From the IMG/VR virus record IMGVR_UViG_3300031772_000016, positions 1 to 64,000 of that record: DNA of 64,000 nucleotides; one strand, written 5' to 3'. This DNA comes from a virus. Shown piece after piece: positions 18,554 through 27,087 of this stretch; position 1 is the first letter of the stretch, and each line of letters begins with the position of its first letter. Made by a program: the position numbers and the translations under genes. The notes under the pieces were generated by a model. It searched no databases. It was not told the DNA's origin and saw only the letters and a list, made by a program, of their open reading frames with translations.

Positions 18554-18566
18554 TAGTCTTCTAATA
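18551..18566 (+). promoter_or_regulatory. TAATA-N6-TAATA motif
   Basis: TAATAGTCTTCTAATA upstream of 18609. Confidence 0.7.
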
Positions 18567-18608
18567 ACAAAATGTAATTGTCTGTGCTATATCCATATAG
18601 AGTTTTTC

Positions 18609-19301
18609 ATGCTGACAACAACTAAGCTGCGGAAAATAGCTGCAGATGTCCGAGTCTACAGTGAGAAAGTAGACGTCATAGGTCATTTGAAGGACTCCTA
18701 TGATATAGAGGTTGACCCTGATACGGACGATGAGTTTGTTAGTGTGTTGAGCGACAGCCTGGATAGATTGCCTGCTGATTTGGTGCGTGATTGTGGGATA
18801 AAGACATTAGGTTTTGAGGATCTTGGTCCCTCCAAGGAGTACTACCCCAATCACGGTAAATACAAGGACAACACTCTTTACATCAATCATCAGATCATAG
18901 AAGATCCTACGCTGATTGTAGACCCGGATAGCGGGTCATCTGTGAATAAGTTTGATCAGACACTGTACCATGAGTTGGGTCACGGGTGGGATGAGGTCAA
19001 CGGCAGTAATGGTACAGAGCTGTCTCTGCAAAAAGATTGGTTGAGTTTGTCTAAGTGGTCGGAGAAACCTGTACCTGGGTACAAGCGTGTGATCATACAA
19101 GAGCCTGGATCCCCAGTTATGAAGGGGGAGTATTACTACTCTCCAGACGCGGGGTTTACACGGTTTTATGCACGCAGAAATCCATGGGATGATTTTGGGG
19201 ACTCTTTCTCTTATTACGTGGCTGGCCTCAAGAGTTTTCTTCCTGCGAACAAAGTAGCCTATTTCGATAGCAAACTCGGAAAATATTTCAAAGGACGGTG
19301 A
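18609..19301 (+). CDS. Zincin-like metallopeptidase
   Basis: LYHELGHGWD (HExxH) and downstream YARRNPWDDFGDSF. Confidence 0.75.
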   Translation: MLTTTKLRKIAADVRVYSEKVDVIGHLKDSYDIEVDPDTDDEFVSVLSDSLDRLPADLVRDCGIKTLGFEDLGPSKEYYPNHGKYKDNTLYINHQIIEDPTLIVDPDSGSSVNKFDQTLYHELGHGWDEVNGSNGTELSLQKDWLSLSKWSEKPVPGYKRVIIQEPGSPVMKGEYYYSPDAGFTRFYARRNPWDDFGDSFSYYVAGLKSFLPANKVAYFDSKLGKYFKGR

Positions 19302-19304
19302 CCG

Positions 19305-19895
19305 ATGGATAAAGATATCTCGTTGGCTTTGGAGAGTGTGTCCTCCGTTTTGAAGGACAGGGGTTTTGCTAAAGAGGCTGCTGTGGTGGAGGCTGTGAAG
19401 GCTGTGGAGTCTGTGGAGTCTGCGGACGCCCGCTTTACTCGGGACAGAGCGTATTTCCCTCCTCGGCCTAACATTTATCCGCAGGGCGTATCAGATTCTG
19501 CACCTAAAAACATAGGTGAGAGTTTAGAGCTTTACCCTTCCGGTAAGCATAAGAGTATCAAGTCTCTAGAGGAGATAAAAAGGAGCGTAAGAACTATGTC
19601 TCCTAAGGCGATTGAAGAAGAGTATAGATTGAACGATGATCCAGAAGTAAAGAAATTTCTTTTAAAGGTTTTAGGTGCTGATAAGTCTTTGTCGGACATA
19701 GGAGTCGTGACCCCAGAAAATATGAATCAGCAAATTAGATACAACACTAATCCAGGAGTTAGAGATCATTTTTTAGTTAGAAGACAGGTGATGCAGGATA
19801 AACTATCGTCCCTCGGACAGTCTCTCACAGATCGTGGGTATGAGGCTCTCGGCAGACGTCTGTTCGAGGCCGCGGGTAGGCTGTATATAGCATAA
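19305..19895 (+). CDS. Hypothetical, putative head-internal protein
   Basis: Similar L-x-DRG-[FY] helices at both termini flank a compositionally different core. Confidence 0.65.
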   Translation: MDKDISLALESVSSVLKDRGFAKEAAVVEAVKAVESVESADARFTRDRAYFPPRPNIYPQGVSDSAPKNIGESLELYPSGKHKSIKSLEEIKRSVRTMSPKAIEEEYRLNDDPEVKKFLLKVLGADKSLSDIGVVTPENMNQQIRYNTNPGVRDHFLVRRQVMQDKLSSLGQSLTDRGYEALGRRLFEAAGRLYIA

Positions 19896-19920
19896 CATCT
19901 CAAACGAAGGGGGCCTTTGT

Positions 19921-19977
19921 ATGTGGAGCGCGTTTTGTGGGGGAGATGGGAAAGTGAGTGTGATGAGATTGACATAA
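19921..19977 (+). pseudogene. Orphaned 5' fragment of the downstream membrane protein gene
   Basis: MWSAFCGGDGKVSVMRLT* resembles LDFLRGDGDKISSMRLY of ORF 20997; both have an AAGGGGG RBS. Confidence 0.55.
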
Positions 19978-20008
19978 CATTTGTTAGATAGTGTGTTGTA
20001 ATAAAAAG

Positions 20009-20091
20009 GCTGGATAGGGTTCGCGACCCGAAAAGTGCTTTCCGAGCACCTTCCAGCTTATATATTCGGAAAATTAACTACGGAGGTTAAT
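20009..20091 (+). promoter_or_regulatory. Structured RNA leader of the HNH gene
   Basis: GCTGGA/TCCAGC stem enclosing GGGT-TCGCG-ACCC and GTGCT-TTCCG-AGCAC; TTTCCGA is complementary to downstream TCGGAAA; ATTAAC/GTTAAT hairpin over the RBS. Confidence 0.6.
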
Positions 20092-20092
20092 C

Positions 20093-21019
20093 ATGTCAAG
20101 TAATGAGGATTTGTCAGGAAAAGTTTTTGGTGATATGACTGTTATTGGGTATGTTGGAAAAGATAAGAACCAAGCTAGGGTGTGGAAGTGTAAATGCTCT
20201 TGTGGTAAATTTTTTGAAGCTATAACGAGCAAAATAAAGAGAGGGATTGTAAAAGGGTGTGGGTGTCATACAGGGAGCCCCGCTGATCTTGTTGGAAAAA
20301 GATTTGGAAAACAGCTTGTTATAAGCTTGAGTCCTAGGAAAAATCATAAAGTTATATTGTGGGAGTGCTTGTGCGATTGTGGTAAAAAAACATACAGAAC
20401 AACAGGTAAACTTCTTTCCGGTGCTACTATTTCTTGTGGGTGTTCAAGAGAAGGCCCTAGGCAGGATCTTACAGGAAGAGTTTTTGGTAGATTAACAGTG
20501 GTTTCTTTAAAAGGCAAAAACAAGCAAGGTAATTATGTGTGGCAGTGCGTATGCTCTTGCGGAAATACTCATGTGGTAAGCGCTTGCCAATTACTTGCAA
20601 AAAACAGAGCAACAAAGTCGTGCGGGTGTTATTATAGAGATTCCAGAACTAGATTACGGCTCCCTCCTGGAGAGTCTTCTTTTAACTCTATATACATAAT
20701 ATACAGATCTCACGCTTTTAAAAGTGGTAGGGTGTTTTCTTTGACTAAGGATTTTTTTAGGGATATCACAAAAAAATCTTGTTTTTACTGTGGCTCAGAG
20801 CCTGCTCAAAGCAGAAAGATGAAAAAGACTAGCATACCTTATGTTTATAACGGACTCGATAGAGTGGATAACACTAAAGGATACTCTATCGATAATGTAG
20901 TGCCTTGTTGTAAAACGTGCAATTTTATGAAAAAGAATTTGCCAAAAGCTGATTTTATAGAGCATGTTCACAAAATATCAAATCATTTAAAAGGGGGTGT
21001 TTGTGCTAGATTTTCTTAG
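20093..21019 (+). CDS. Free-standing HNH-type endonuclease with three Cys-rich repeats
   Basis: Three copies of DLxGxxFG...WxCxCxCG...CGC; C-terminal CFYCG, NGLDRVDNTKGY, NVVPCCKTCNFMK; AT-rich. Confidence 0.85.
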   Translation: MSSNEDLSGKVFGDMTVIGYVGKDKNQARVWKCKCSCGKFFEAITSKIKRGIVKGCGCHTGSPADLVGKRFGKQLVISLSPRKNHKVILWECLCDCGKKTYRTTGKLLSGATISCGCSREGPRQDLTGRVFGRLTVVSLKGKNKQGNYVWQCVCSCGNTHVVSACQLLAKNRATKSCGCYYRDSRTRLRLPPGESSFNSIYIIYRSHAFKSGRVFSLTKDFFRDITKKSCFYCGSEPAQSRKMKKTSIPYVYNGLDRVDNTKGYSIDNVVPCCKTCNFMKKNLPKADFIEHVHKISNHLKGGVCARFS

Positions 21020-21275
21020 AGGTGACGGGGATAAGATAAGTTCTATGCGATTATATAGTTTTATCATAATTGTTTCTGTTATGTCAGTTTTTGTGGCGCA
21101 TAATGTGGTTGCTATGGTAAATGGTTCTGGTTTTGTGTCTATGGGTATGACAGAGACTGGGTTGATTATCACAGCCGTTTTAGGTAAAACGGTACAGTAT
21201 TTTGGAGAAGTTAGGGCAAAAAATACAGAAGAACCCCTTACCACAGATGCCGTCCCCACAGACAAGAAAGAATAA
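20997..21275 (+). CDS. Small two-TM membrane protein (holin-like)
   Basis: Two hydrophobic segments, KISSMRL motif, charged C-terminal tail. Confidence 0.6.
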   Translation: MFVLDFLRGDGDKISSMRLYSFIIIVSVMSVFVAHNVVAMVNGSGFVSMGMTETGLIITAVLGKTVQYFGEVRAKNTEEPLTTDAVPTDKKE

Positions 21276-21280
21276 CCCAC

Positions 21281-21499
21281 ATGCCAGATCCAAAAGATTA
21301 CAAGAAATCCGAAAAAGCAAAGTACATGGATGATTGTATGCACACGACCGTGAAGGTCGAGAAGAAGACTCGAGATCATGGTGTAGCACAGTGTTTGGCG
21401 GTTTGGCGGGAGCACCACGAAGATAAGCCCAAACGTAAGAAGTCCGGGACTCACATTATTCTGAAGATTTTAGCACAGAGGTTGGCACAGTATGCGTGA
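21281..21499 (+). CDS. Hypothetical protein
   Basis: MPDP...KYMDDCM...AQCLAVWRE; overlaps the next start. Confidence 0.65.
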   Translation: MPDPKDYKKSEKAKYMDDCMHTTVKVEKKTRDHGVAQCLAVWREHHEDKPKRKKSGTHIILKILAQRLAQYA

Positions 21500-22721
21500 T
21501 ACAGTGTCCTCGAAAATAGAGAAAATAGTCCAGGAAGCCAGAGACTCTGACAAGGTCAAAGTCTTTTTGGGAGGGTCTTGTAAGGATAACTCCTGGCGTG
21601 AGAGTGTTCAGAAGGAGTTTGGGGACTATTTCTTTTTCATCGACCCTTTCGATGAGGATTGGGATCCTGAGGACAATATCTATGACGAGCTCGCGGGTAT
21701 GGTGAACGCTGACTATATCGTGTTCTACAGGGGTGGGGATTTATCAGAGCGTGAGAAGGATTTCCTGGATAATATAGGGCGTAGGGGTGAGTTGGTGAAG
21801 GAGTTTGAGGATATGGGTAAACTCAAGGCATTCCTGAAGGATATCAAGAGTAAGAAGGTGCGGCTGGCGAGTGTGTCCTCTGTACTCCGTAGGTGTGCTG
21901 GGGATTTGTGTAAGGACGCATTCCCGTACACGCATAATCAGGGTGATTTGTTTTTGGAGAAGTTAGATCCTGCCGATAAAGCGAACGTAGTAAAAGACCT
22001 AGAGCGTGGTGTGAGTATAATTATCCCAGAGGGATTACCGGTAAAGCCAGGGAAAAAGACTGTGGGAGAGGTCGTAAATAAGTATGATTTTGATAAGGAG
22101 GAGTATGAGTCTTTTGTACGGCCCGCTCTATATAAGACTTTTCCTGTACTCGAACCTACTCTCGGGTATGACCAAATAAAACACACCTATATGCAAAAGA
22201 ATGCCAAAGTAGGTGTCATCCACAGCAAAGCGTCTACCCAGGTAGATCTCCCAGAGCAGCTCGCCCTGGAGGTCATGGCATGGGGTAAGACGAATATACC
22301 CGATAAGGATCTATACACAAAGGACGACAAAGGTCGTGAGGACGAGATTCACGTTACTTTGTTCTATGGTATCACAGAGGATGCCGAGGATAAACTACGT
22401 GAGCTGCTATCTGGGGTGAAACCGTTTGAGTGTCGTCTGGGGCTTGTCACTACGTTCAAGGATAAGAAAGAGTGTGACGTCATCAAGATAGACGTAGAGT
22501 CTTCGGAGATGGTGAAACTCCATTATTTGATCCGTGAGAGTGTAAAGAACAAGAATGAATATCCTACATACGCCTCCCATATCACGGTGGCGTACGTGAA
22601 AAAAGGTAAAGCAGATAGAGTACTGGGTGATGATAGGTTCCGGGGAGCGACATTCAAGGTCACTGAGATAGTTTACTCGACGAAAGATCACAATAAAATA
22701 AAGATCCCACTCGGGTCATAA
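21492..22721 (+). CDS. Nucleoside 2-deoxyribosyltransferase-like domain fused to a 2H phosphoesterase (T4 57B/Acb1-like)
   Basis: N-terminal KVFLGGSC...WRE...DPF; C-terminal two HxT motifs, EIHVTLFYG and SHITVAY. Confidence 0.75.
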   Translation: MRDTVSSKIEKIVQEARDSDKVKVFLGGSCKDNSWRESVQKEFGDYFFFIDPFDEDWDPEDNIYDELAGMVNADYIVFYRGGDLSEREKDFLDNIGRRGELVKEFEDMGKLKAFLKDIKSKKVRLASVSSVLRRCAGDLCKDAFPYTHNQGDLFLEKLDPADKANVVKDLERGVSIIIPEGLPVKPGKKTVGEVVNKYDFDKEEYESFVRPALYKTFPVLEPTLGYDQIKHTYMQKNAKVGVIHSKASTQVDLPEQLALEVMAWGKTNIPDKDLYTKDDKGREDEIHVTLFYGITEDAEDKLRELLSGVKPFECRLGLVTTFKDKKECDVIKIDVESSEMVKLHYLIRESVKNKNEYPTYASHITVAYVKKGKADRVLGDDRFRGATFKVTEIVYSTKDHNKIKIPLGS

Positions 22722-22757
22722 AATTTCAGATAACAACCACATTCAAAGGAGTCGGGT

Positions 22758-23924
22758 ATGGCAGACAGTCAGAAGTACGTAGCGGTCGCTAATTTCAGTT
22801 TGAATCTGGACAATGGCACGAAGCAGATTGATGTGAAAAAGGGCGATGAGATGATGTTTGACGGTCTCTATGTCGAGTGTCGAGGTGAGAAGGGTGCTGC
22901 CCGGTCCTTGGCTAAAGTCGTGGGAGATTGGATCAAGCCGACCAACGGTACAGTACCTGCAGTCGCGCCCGTGCCTGCTATGACTCCATCAAAGACACGT
23001 AATGCTACAGGAGGTAGGATCCTGGAGTCCAGTGAGGTCAGTCAGGATTTGGATACGCTGCAGCAGCAGAAATATGAGACCAGTGAGCAGATGCAACAGA
23101 GCTCTAACGCTGAGCTGAGGAAACTCGTGGATCAATATGAAAATACTCCGCCTCCTACGCATATCACGAGCCGTACGACGGATGATATGGCTGACATGCG
23201 TAAAGAGGCCCGGGTACAGGTAGACAATTACGATGAGCAGGAAGTGGCGAAGGTATCTGCGGCTGCTAAGAACGGGTCAGAGAAGGCTAACTCTGAGGTC
23301 ACGGTAGATAAGCAGGAAAAGAAAAAGGCTACTGTGGTATCGCATGAGGAGAAAGTGGTAAAGAAGACTAATTACTCTAAGAGAGCTGAAGAGACACCCC
23401 AGCGTAAGCCTCTCAAGGTAGACAAGGACGGGTCGGGTGTAGAGGTGCGTAAAGTGAAGTCTGCTGCTACACACAATAACGATGTGAAGTCATCTACCGC
23501 GGAATCTCGTAGGGAAGTGGTGTCTGAGCAGGATGCTGTGATAGAGACAAACTACGGTGCTGGAAAGAGGACTGTAGTGAGTTCTTCTACGCAGACTCAG
23601 TTGGAGTCTGACATCATTATGAAGACGGCAGTAGATAAGCCTCGGCGTGAGGTCATCGCTGAAGCTTCTCAAGAGGGTGTAGTAGTACGAAAAGTTTCCA
23701 AGATCCCCGAGGAGGATCTCAGGACTCAGGATGGTATCACGTCACGGGTGACAGTGAGCAGTGGTGGAGAAGAGAGTGACGGTGAGGTGACTTTCTCCTC
23801 GAATTCGGATATAGTGGAAGGTGAGGCTACGTTCTCGAGCTCTGAGGATACTGTAGCAGATCTCGGGGGCGGTGCTTACGACGATGGTGATATCGATGTG
23901 AATGACATTTTAGACGGGAAATAA
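22758..23924 (+). CDS. Hypothetical low-complexity protein
   Basis: RBS AAGGAG; small N-terminal domain, S/T/E/K-rich remainder, acidic tail. Confidence 0.7.
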   Translation: MADSQKYVAVANFSLNLDNGTKQIDVKKGDEMMFDGLYVECRGEKGAARSLAKVVGDWIKPTNGTVPAVAPVPAMTPSKTRNATGGRILESSEVSQDLDTLQQQKYETSEQMQQSSNAELRKLVDQYENTPPPTHITSRTTDDMADMRKEARVQVDNYDEQEVAKVSAAAKNGSEKANSEVTVDKQEKKKATVVSHEEKVVKKTNYSKRAEETPQRKPLKVDKDGSGVEVRKVKSAATHNNDVKSSTAESRREVVSEQDAVIETNYGAGKRTVVSSSTQTQLESDIIMKTAVDKPRREVIAEASQEGVVVRKVSKIPEEDLRTQDGITSRVTVSSGGEESDGEVTFSSNSDIVEGEATFSSSEDTVADLGGGAYDDGDIDVNDILDGK

Positions 23925-23928
23925 AGTC

Positions 23929-25662
23929 GTGGATTGTTTGATACGAAAGATACTGGCTCGATACAGGGCTGATAAAGACGAGCACTCGCCTGAAGAGACT
24001 CAGTCCTGGATGGATTATATGCAGTCTCAGAGTGACGGTCTGCCGCTACCTGAGACTGCTAAAGATCTCATAGAGCACAGTGAGGGTACTGGTCAGGAGC
24101 AGGTGTCCTACAATCCGTATGACTACACAGATCCGTCTGATAAGCCTAAAGAGACCAATGGTCCGCCTTTCGTCAGTGAGATACCCCCAGAGACAGATAT
24201 AGCGGTATTCCAGCACCCGGTACTGTTTAAAGAGGATGGGGATTTAGAGGAGTGGAACAAGGATCAGCAGGACTACACGGAGGATGAGCAGGAGCAGTTC
24301 CCGGCACTGAGTGTTACACGGAAATACGCTACGGTACAGGGAGTCATAGCTCAGTATCTGATGGACAGTATGCCGATAGTGGTGTCTGAGGATGAGTTCG
24401 ACAGTTTGTTCAGGACTACTAAGCTCGCGGCGTCTTTGGATGATGTAGTCGACAAAGACTATCATTATCTCAACAGCAAGAAGATGACTCGGTCTGATTC
24501 AGTGAGTGCTGTGTGGATCAACAAGGGTAACGCCAAACACAGGGAAAAAGGTTTTTTCCAGTTTAGGGTGAGCAGTCCTGGGTCAAAGACGGGTCCTCAT
24601 ACTGTGTACCTGCAGTTTCTGCGTGGTGAGGAAGAGAAGCAGTATCCCTCATACGCGGAGTATCCTGTGCAGTTAGCGTGTACGTGCGCCTCGTTTTTGT
24701 TTCATGGGGCACAGTATTATGCGGTGCATGATGGGTATATGTACATGCCTGCGTTTAGGACTGACCTGGTAGCTCCTAAACCTCAGAACATGTATGTATT
24801 GAACAAGAGTGAGGCTTATCCGAATGGTAGGCGTACTCCTGGTCGTGGCCTGAATTTCAGGGTGTGCAAACATCTTCTGAAGGTGTATGAGTTATTGGGT
24901 AGGATGAAGATAGAAGCTGTATACAGGAAGTATCCGGTCACCGCTCCCCCCTCTAAGCTAATGAATAAAGATGTGTGGAAAGAGATGATGAAGTTTGAGT
25001 TCACTGAGGCTAACATAAAGCAGAAGCTCAAAGCCAGGGAAATACCCATACCAACGTACTACACTCGGGAGAGGTTTACCCCGAGTGTACAGGACTGGTT
25101 TTATCAGGTGTGGATGCCGCGTAATGATGATCAGAAGATAAAAGCATTGCATGACCTGGTAGAGTATCCTGAGCGTATATATTTCCTCTTGCTTAAAGAG
25201 GCGAAGATGAAGAGAGAGCGTGGTGAGACTATATCGGATAGGCTCATACACGAGGGGTATGCGTTGATGAATCAGCGTGTGCAGGAGGAGAACGATTTAC
25301 CGCCTGAGCAGATAGTGGCACCAGATGTCCCTGCAGAGCAGTTACAGCCTGGTCATATCAGTCCCCCTGGTGAGCAGTCTACAAAGACTGTGGAAGAGTT
25401 TATCAAGGAGCCGGAGCCTGTGGAGGACTCCACAAAGCCTGTCCCATCTGAGCTGGCACCATCTATGATCAAAGAACGTCCTACGCCTGAAGATAAGAGA
25501 AAGCAGCGTGAGGAGAAGCGTAAGGAAGAGCAGAAGGCTTTGCGTGAGAGAGGGCTTTCTGAGCAGGCTAGAAGGGCTCTAAAGAGATTCCAGGATGAGA
25601 CTCAGGAGCCTCGTAAGGAGAAACTGCGTCAGCTCGGTAAACGTCCATTTTATGAGGAGTGA
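23929..25662 (+). CDS. SWIM zinc-finger-containing protein
   Basis: LACTCASF...VCKHL (CxC...CxH). Confidence 0.7.
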   Translation: MDCLIRKILARYRADKDEHSPEETQSWMDYMQSQSDGLPLPETAKDLIEHSEGTGQEQVSYNPYDYTDPSDKPKETNGPPFVSEIPPETDIAVFQHPVLFKEDGDLEEWNKDQQDYTEDEQEQFPALSVTRKYATVQGVIAQYLMDSMPIVVSEDEFDSLFRTTKLAASLDDVVDKDYHYLNSKKMTRSDSVSAVWINKGNAKHREKGFFQFRVSSPGSKTGPHTVYLQFLRGEEEKQYPSYAEYPVQLACTCASFLFHGAQYYAVHDGYMYMPAFRTDLVAPKPQNMYVLNKSEAYPNGRRTPGRGLNFRVCKHLLKVYELLGRMKIEAVYRKYPVTAPPSKLMNKDVWKEMMKFEFTEANIKQKLKAREIPIPTYYTRERFTPSVQDWFYQVWMPRNDDQKIKALHDLVEYPERIYFLLLKEAKMKRERGETISDRLIHEGYALMNQRVQEENDLPPEQIVAPDVPAEQLQPGHISPPGEQSTKTVEEFIKEPEPVEDSTKPVPSELAPSMIKERPTPEDKRKQREEKRKEEQKALRERGLSEQARRALKRFQDETQEPRKEKLRQLGKRPFYEE

Positions 25663-25666
25663 TGGG

Positions 25667-25957
25667 ATGACATCATATCAGATTGAATATCCTATATCAG
25701 ATCTTAAAAAAGCTGTGCAGGCAGGGTTTGCGTACATGGAGTCCATGGACAACATCGTGGGCACTATCTACGCCTCCCCGGCTGTGGTAAAACAGCTTGT
25801 GTTGAGTATGCCGGACGACATCCATTTTGACTATATCCCAGAGGGTATAGGCATGCTGCGCACAGCATACCTGAAGTTCATGCCTTCTGTGAAAGAGAAT
25901 GAGATCCGGTTTTTCAATCAGGATAAAACAGTAGAGCTACGATTATATCTTAAATAA
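25667..25957 (+). CDS. Hypothetical protein
   Basis: Start re-assigned to MTSYQ (RBS GAGGAG); C-terminus resembles a capsid-like small domain (weak). Confidence 0.6.
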   Translation: MTSYQIEYPISDLKKAVQAGFAYMESMDNIVGTIYASPAVVKQLVLSMPDDIHFDYIPEGIGMLRTAYLKFMPSVKENEIRFFNQDKTVELRLYLK

Positions 25958-25980
25958 CATTTTGTCAAGGAGAGTGTCCT

Positions 25981-26433
25981 TTGCCCACTTACGAGTACGC
26001 CTGTAGCGAGTGCGAGACTGTAGTAGAGATTGTCCATTCTATCAAAGAGGATCCTGTAATGGTGTGCGAGATATGTAAGCGTGAGGGTAAGCTCCACCCT
26101 ATGGAGCGTCAGATCTCCAACAACATAGGAGGGTTCATCATTAAAGGGTGGACTGAGGCTATGGCATGGAAGACGAAACGAGATAAGATGAAGACGGGTG
26201 CTGAGCTCGGGGTTAAGCAGATAGAGCGGTACTCCAACAGTGCTCGATTGCAGCCTAATGTGGCTGGTATGGAGGTGGAGTCCTGGAGTGATGCTCAGAA
26301 GGTAGCGAAAGAGGCTGGGTTGAGGCCTGAGACGTACGAGCCTATCATAGAGAAAGAAAAAAAGATCAGCAAGATCTCTGGAGTAGACGATACCAAGTGG
26401 AAAGCCGCTAAGGCGGAGGCTGGTAAGATCTAA
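25981..26433 (+). CDS. FmdB-family zinc-ribbon protein
   Basis: MPTYEYACSEC...CEIC; RBS AAGGAG. Confidence 0.85.
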   Translation: MPTYEYACSECETVVEIVHSIKEDPVMVCEICKREGKLHPMERQISNNIGGFIIKGWTEAMAWKTKRDKMKTGAELGVKQIERYSNSARLQPNVAGMEVESWSDAQKVAKEAGLRPETYEPIIEKEKKISKISGVDDTKWKAAKAEAGKI

Positions 26434-26460
26434 AAAAGTATATAGTCTGGTGTGCGAGAG

Positions 26461-26491
26461 AGCCTCGGATTTAACGATCCGGGGCTTTTTT
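26461..26491 (+). terminator. Intrinsic terminator
   Basis: AGCCTCGGAT/ATCCGGGGCT stem plus T run. Confidence 0.8.
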
Positions 26492-26493
26492 AG

Positions 26494-26509
26494 TAATAGT
26501 CTATTAATA
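26494..26509 (+). promoter_or_regulatory. TAATA-N6-TAATA motif
   Basis: TAATAGTCTATTAATA, directly after the terminator and upstream of 26566. Confidence 0.7.
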
Positions 26510-26565
26510 TTTCATCTGTATGTGATACACACGGTTGTTTCAAAGCCTACAACGAGGAGTGCCGT

Positions 26566-26895
26566 ATGCGTAAGAAGATCAGCAAACGTGCTAAAGAGAG
26601 CCCTGTAATCAATCTTGTGTGGGCGGAAGAGCTTAATGATGCTGAGTTGAAAGCCCTCCGAAAGATGGTGGAAAAAGCTATAAAAGATCCTGATAGTCCT
26701 ATTGTATCTAATTATGAAATACATTGGGATAGGATCCGTATAGATAAAAAAGCAGTAGCCAGGGTAGTGTGGTCGAATGTGCTCAGTGATAAAGATGTCG
26801 ATAGTCTATCGAATGAAGTAGAGAAAGCGTTGAAAGACCCCAACTATGTCATCGTAGTAAATTACCCGGTGTATTGGATTGAAATCTCCAAATAG
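26566..26895 (+). CDS. Small protein made of two tandem copies of a portal-protein segment
   Basis: Repeats match portal residues 353-391 at 19/39 and 21/39 identities with no gaps; RBS GAGGAG. Confidence 0.85.
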   Translation: MRKKISKRAKESPVINLVWAEELNDAELKALRKMVEKAIKDPDSPIVSNYEIHWDRIRIDKKAVARVVWSNVLSDKDVDSLSNEVEKALKDPNYVIVVNYPVYWIEISK

Positions 26896-26910
26896 ATAGG
26901 AAATGATAAT

Positions 26911-27087
26911 ATGGAACGAGTAAATTTCCACCTCACAGACGGAGAGCGTAAAGGTCTGGAGATGCTCTCAGAGATCACTGGGGTGAAGAAAGCGGAGCTG
27001 ATCCGTAGGGCTATCGATGAGTATATCAAGAGGAAGAAGTGGGAAGGTGTCACGGGACTCTCAGAACTGAAGGAGATATTCGCATGA
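26911..27087 (+). CDS. Ribbon-helix-helix protein (58 aa, not in ORF track)
   Basis: MERVNFHLTDGERKGLEMLSEITGVKKAELIRRAIDEYIKRKK...; ATGA overlap with the glycosyltransferase start. Confidence 0.8.
   Translation: MERVNFHLTDGERKGLEMLSEITGVKKAELIRRAIDEYIKRKKWEGVTGLSELKEIFA

Noticed and set aside
19969-19996. TTGACA as a promoter for the HNH gene
   Set aside because: No acceptable -10 hexamer at 16-18 bp spacing.
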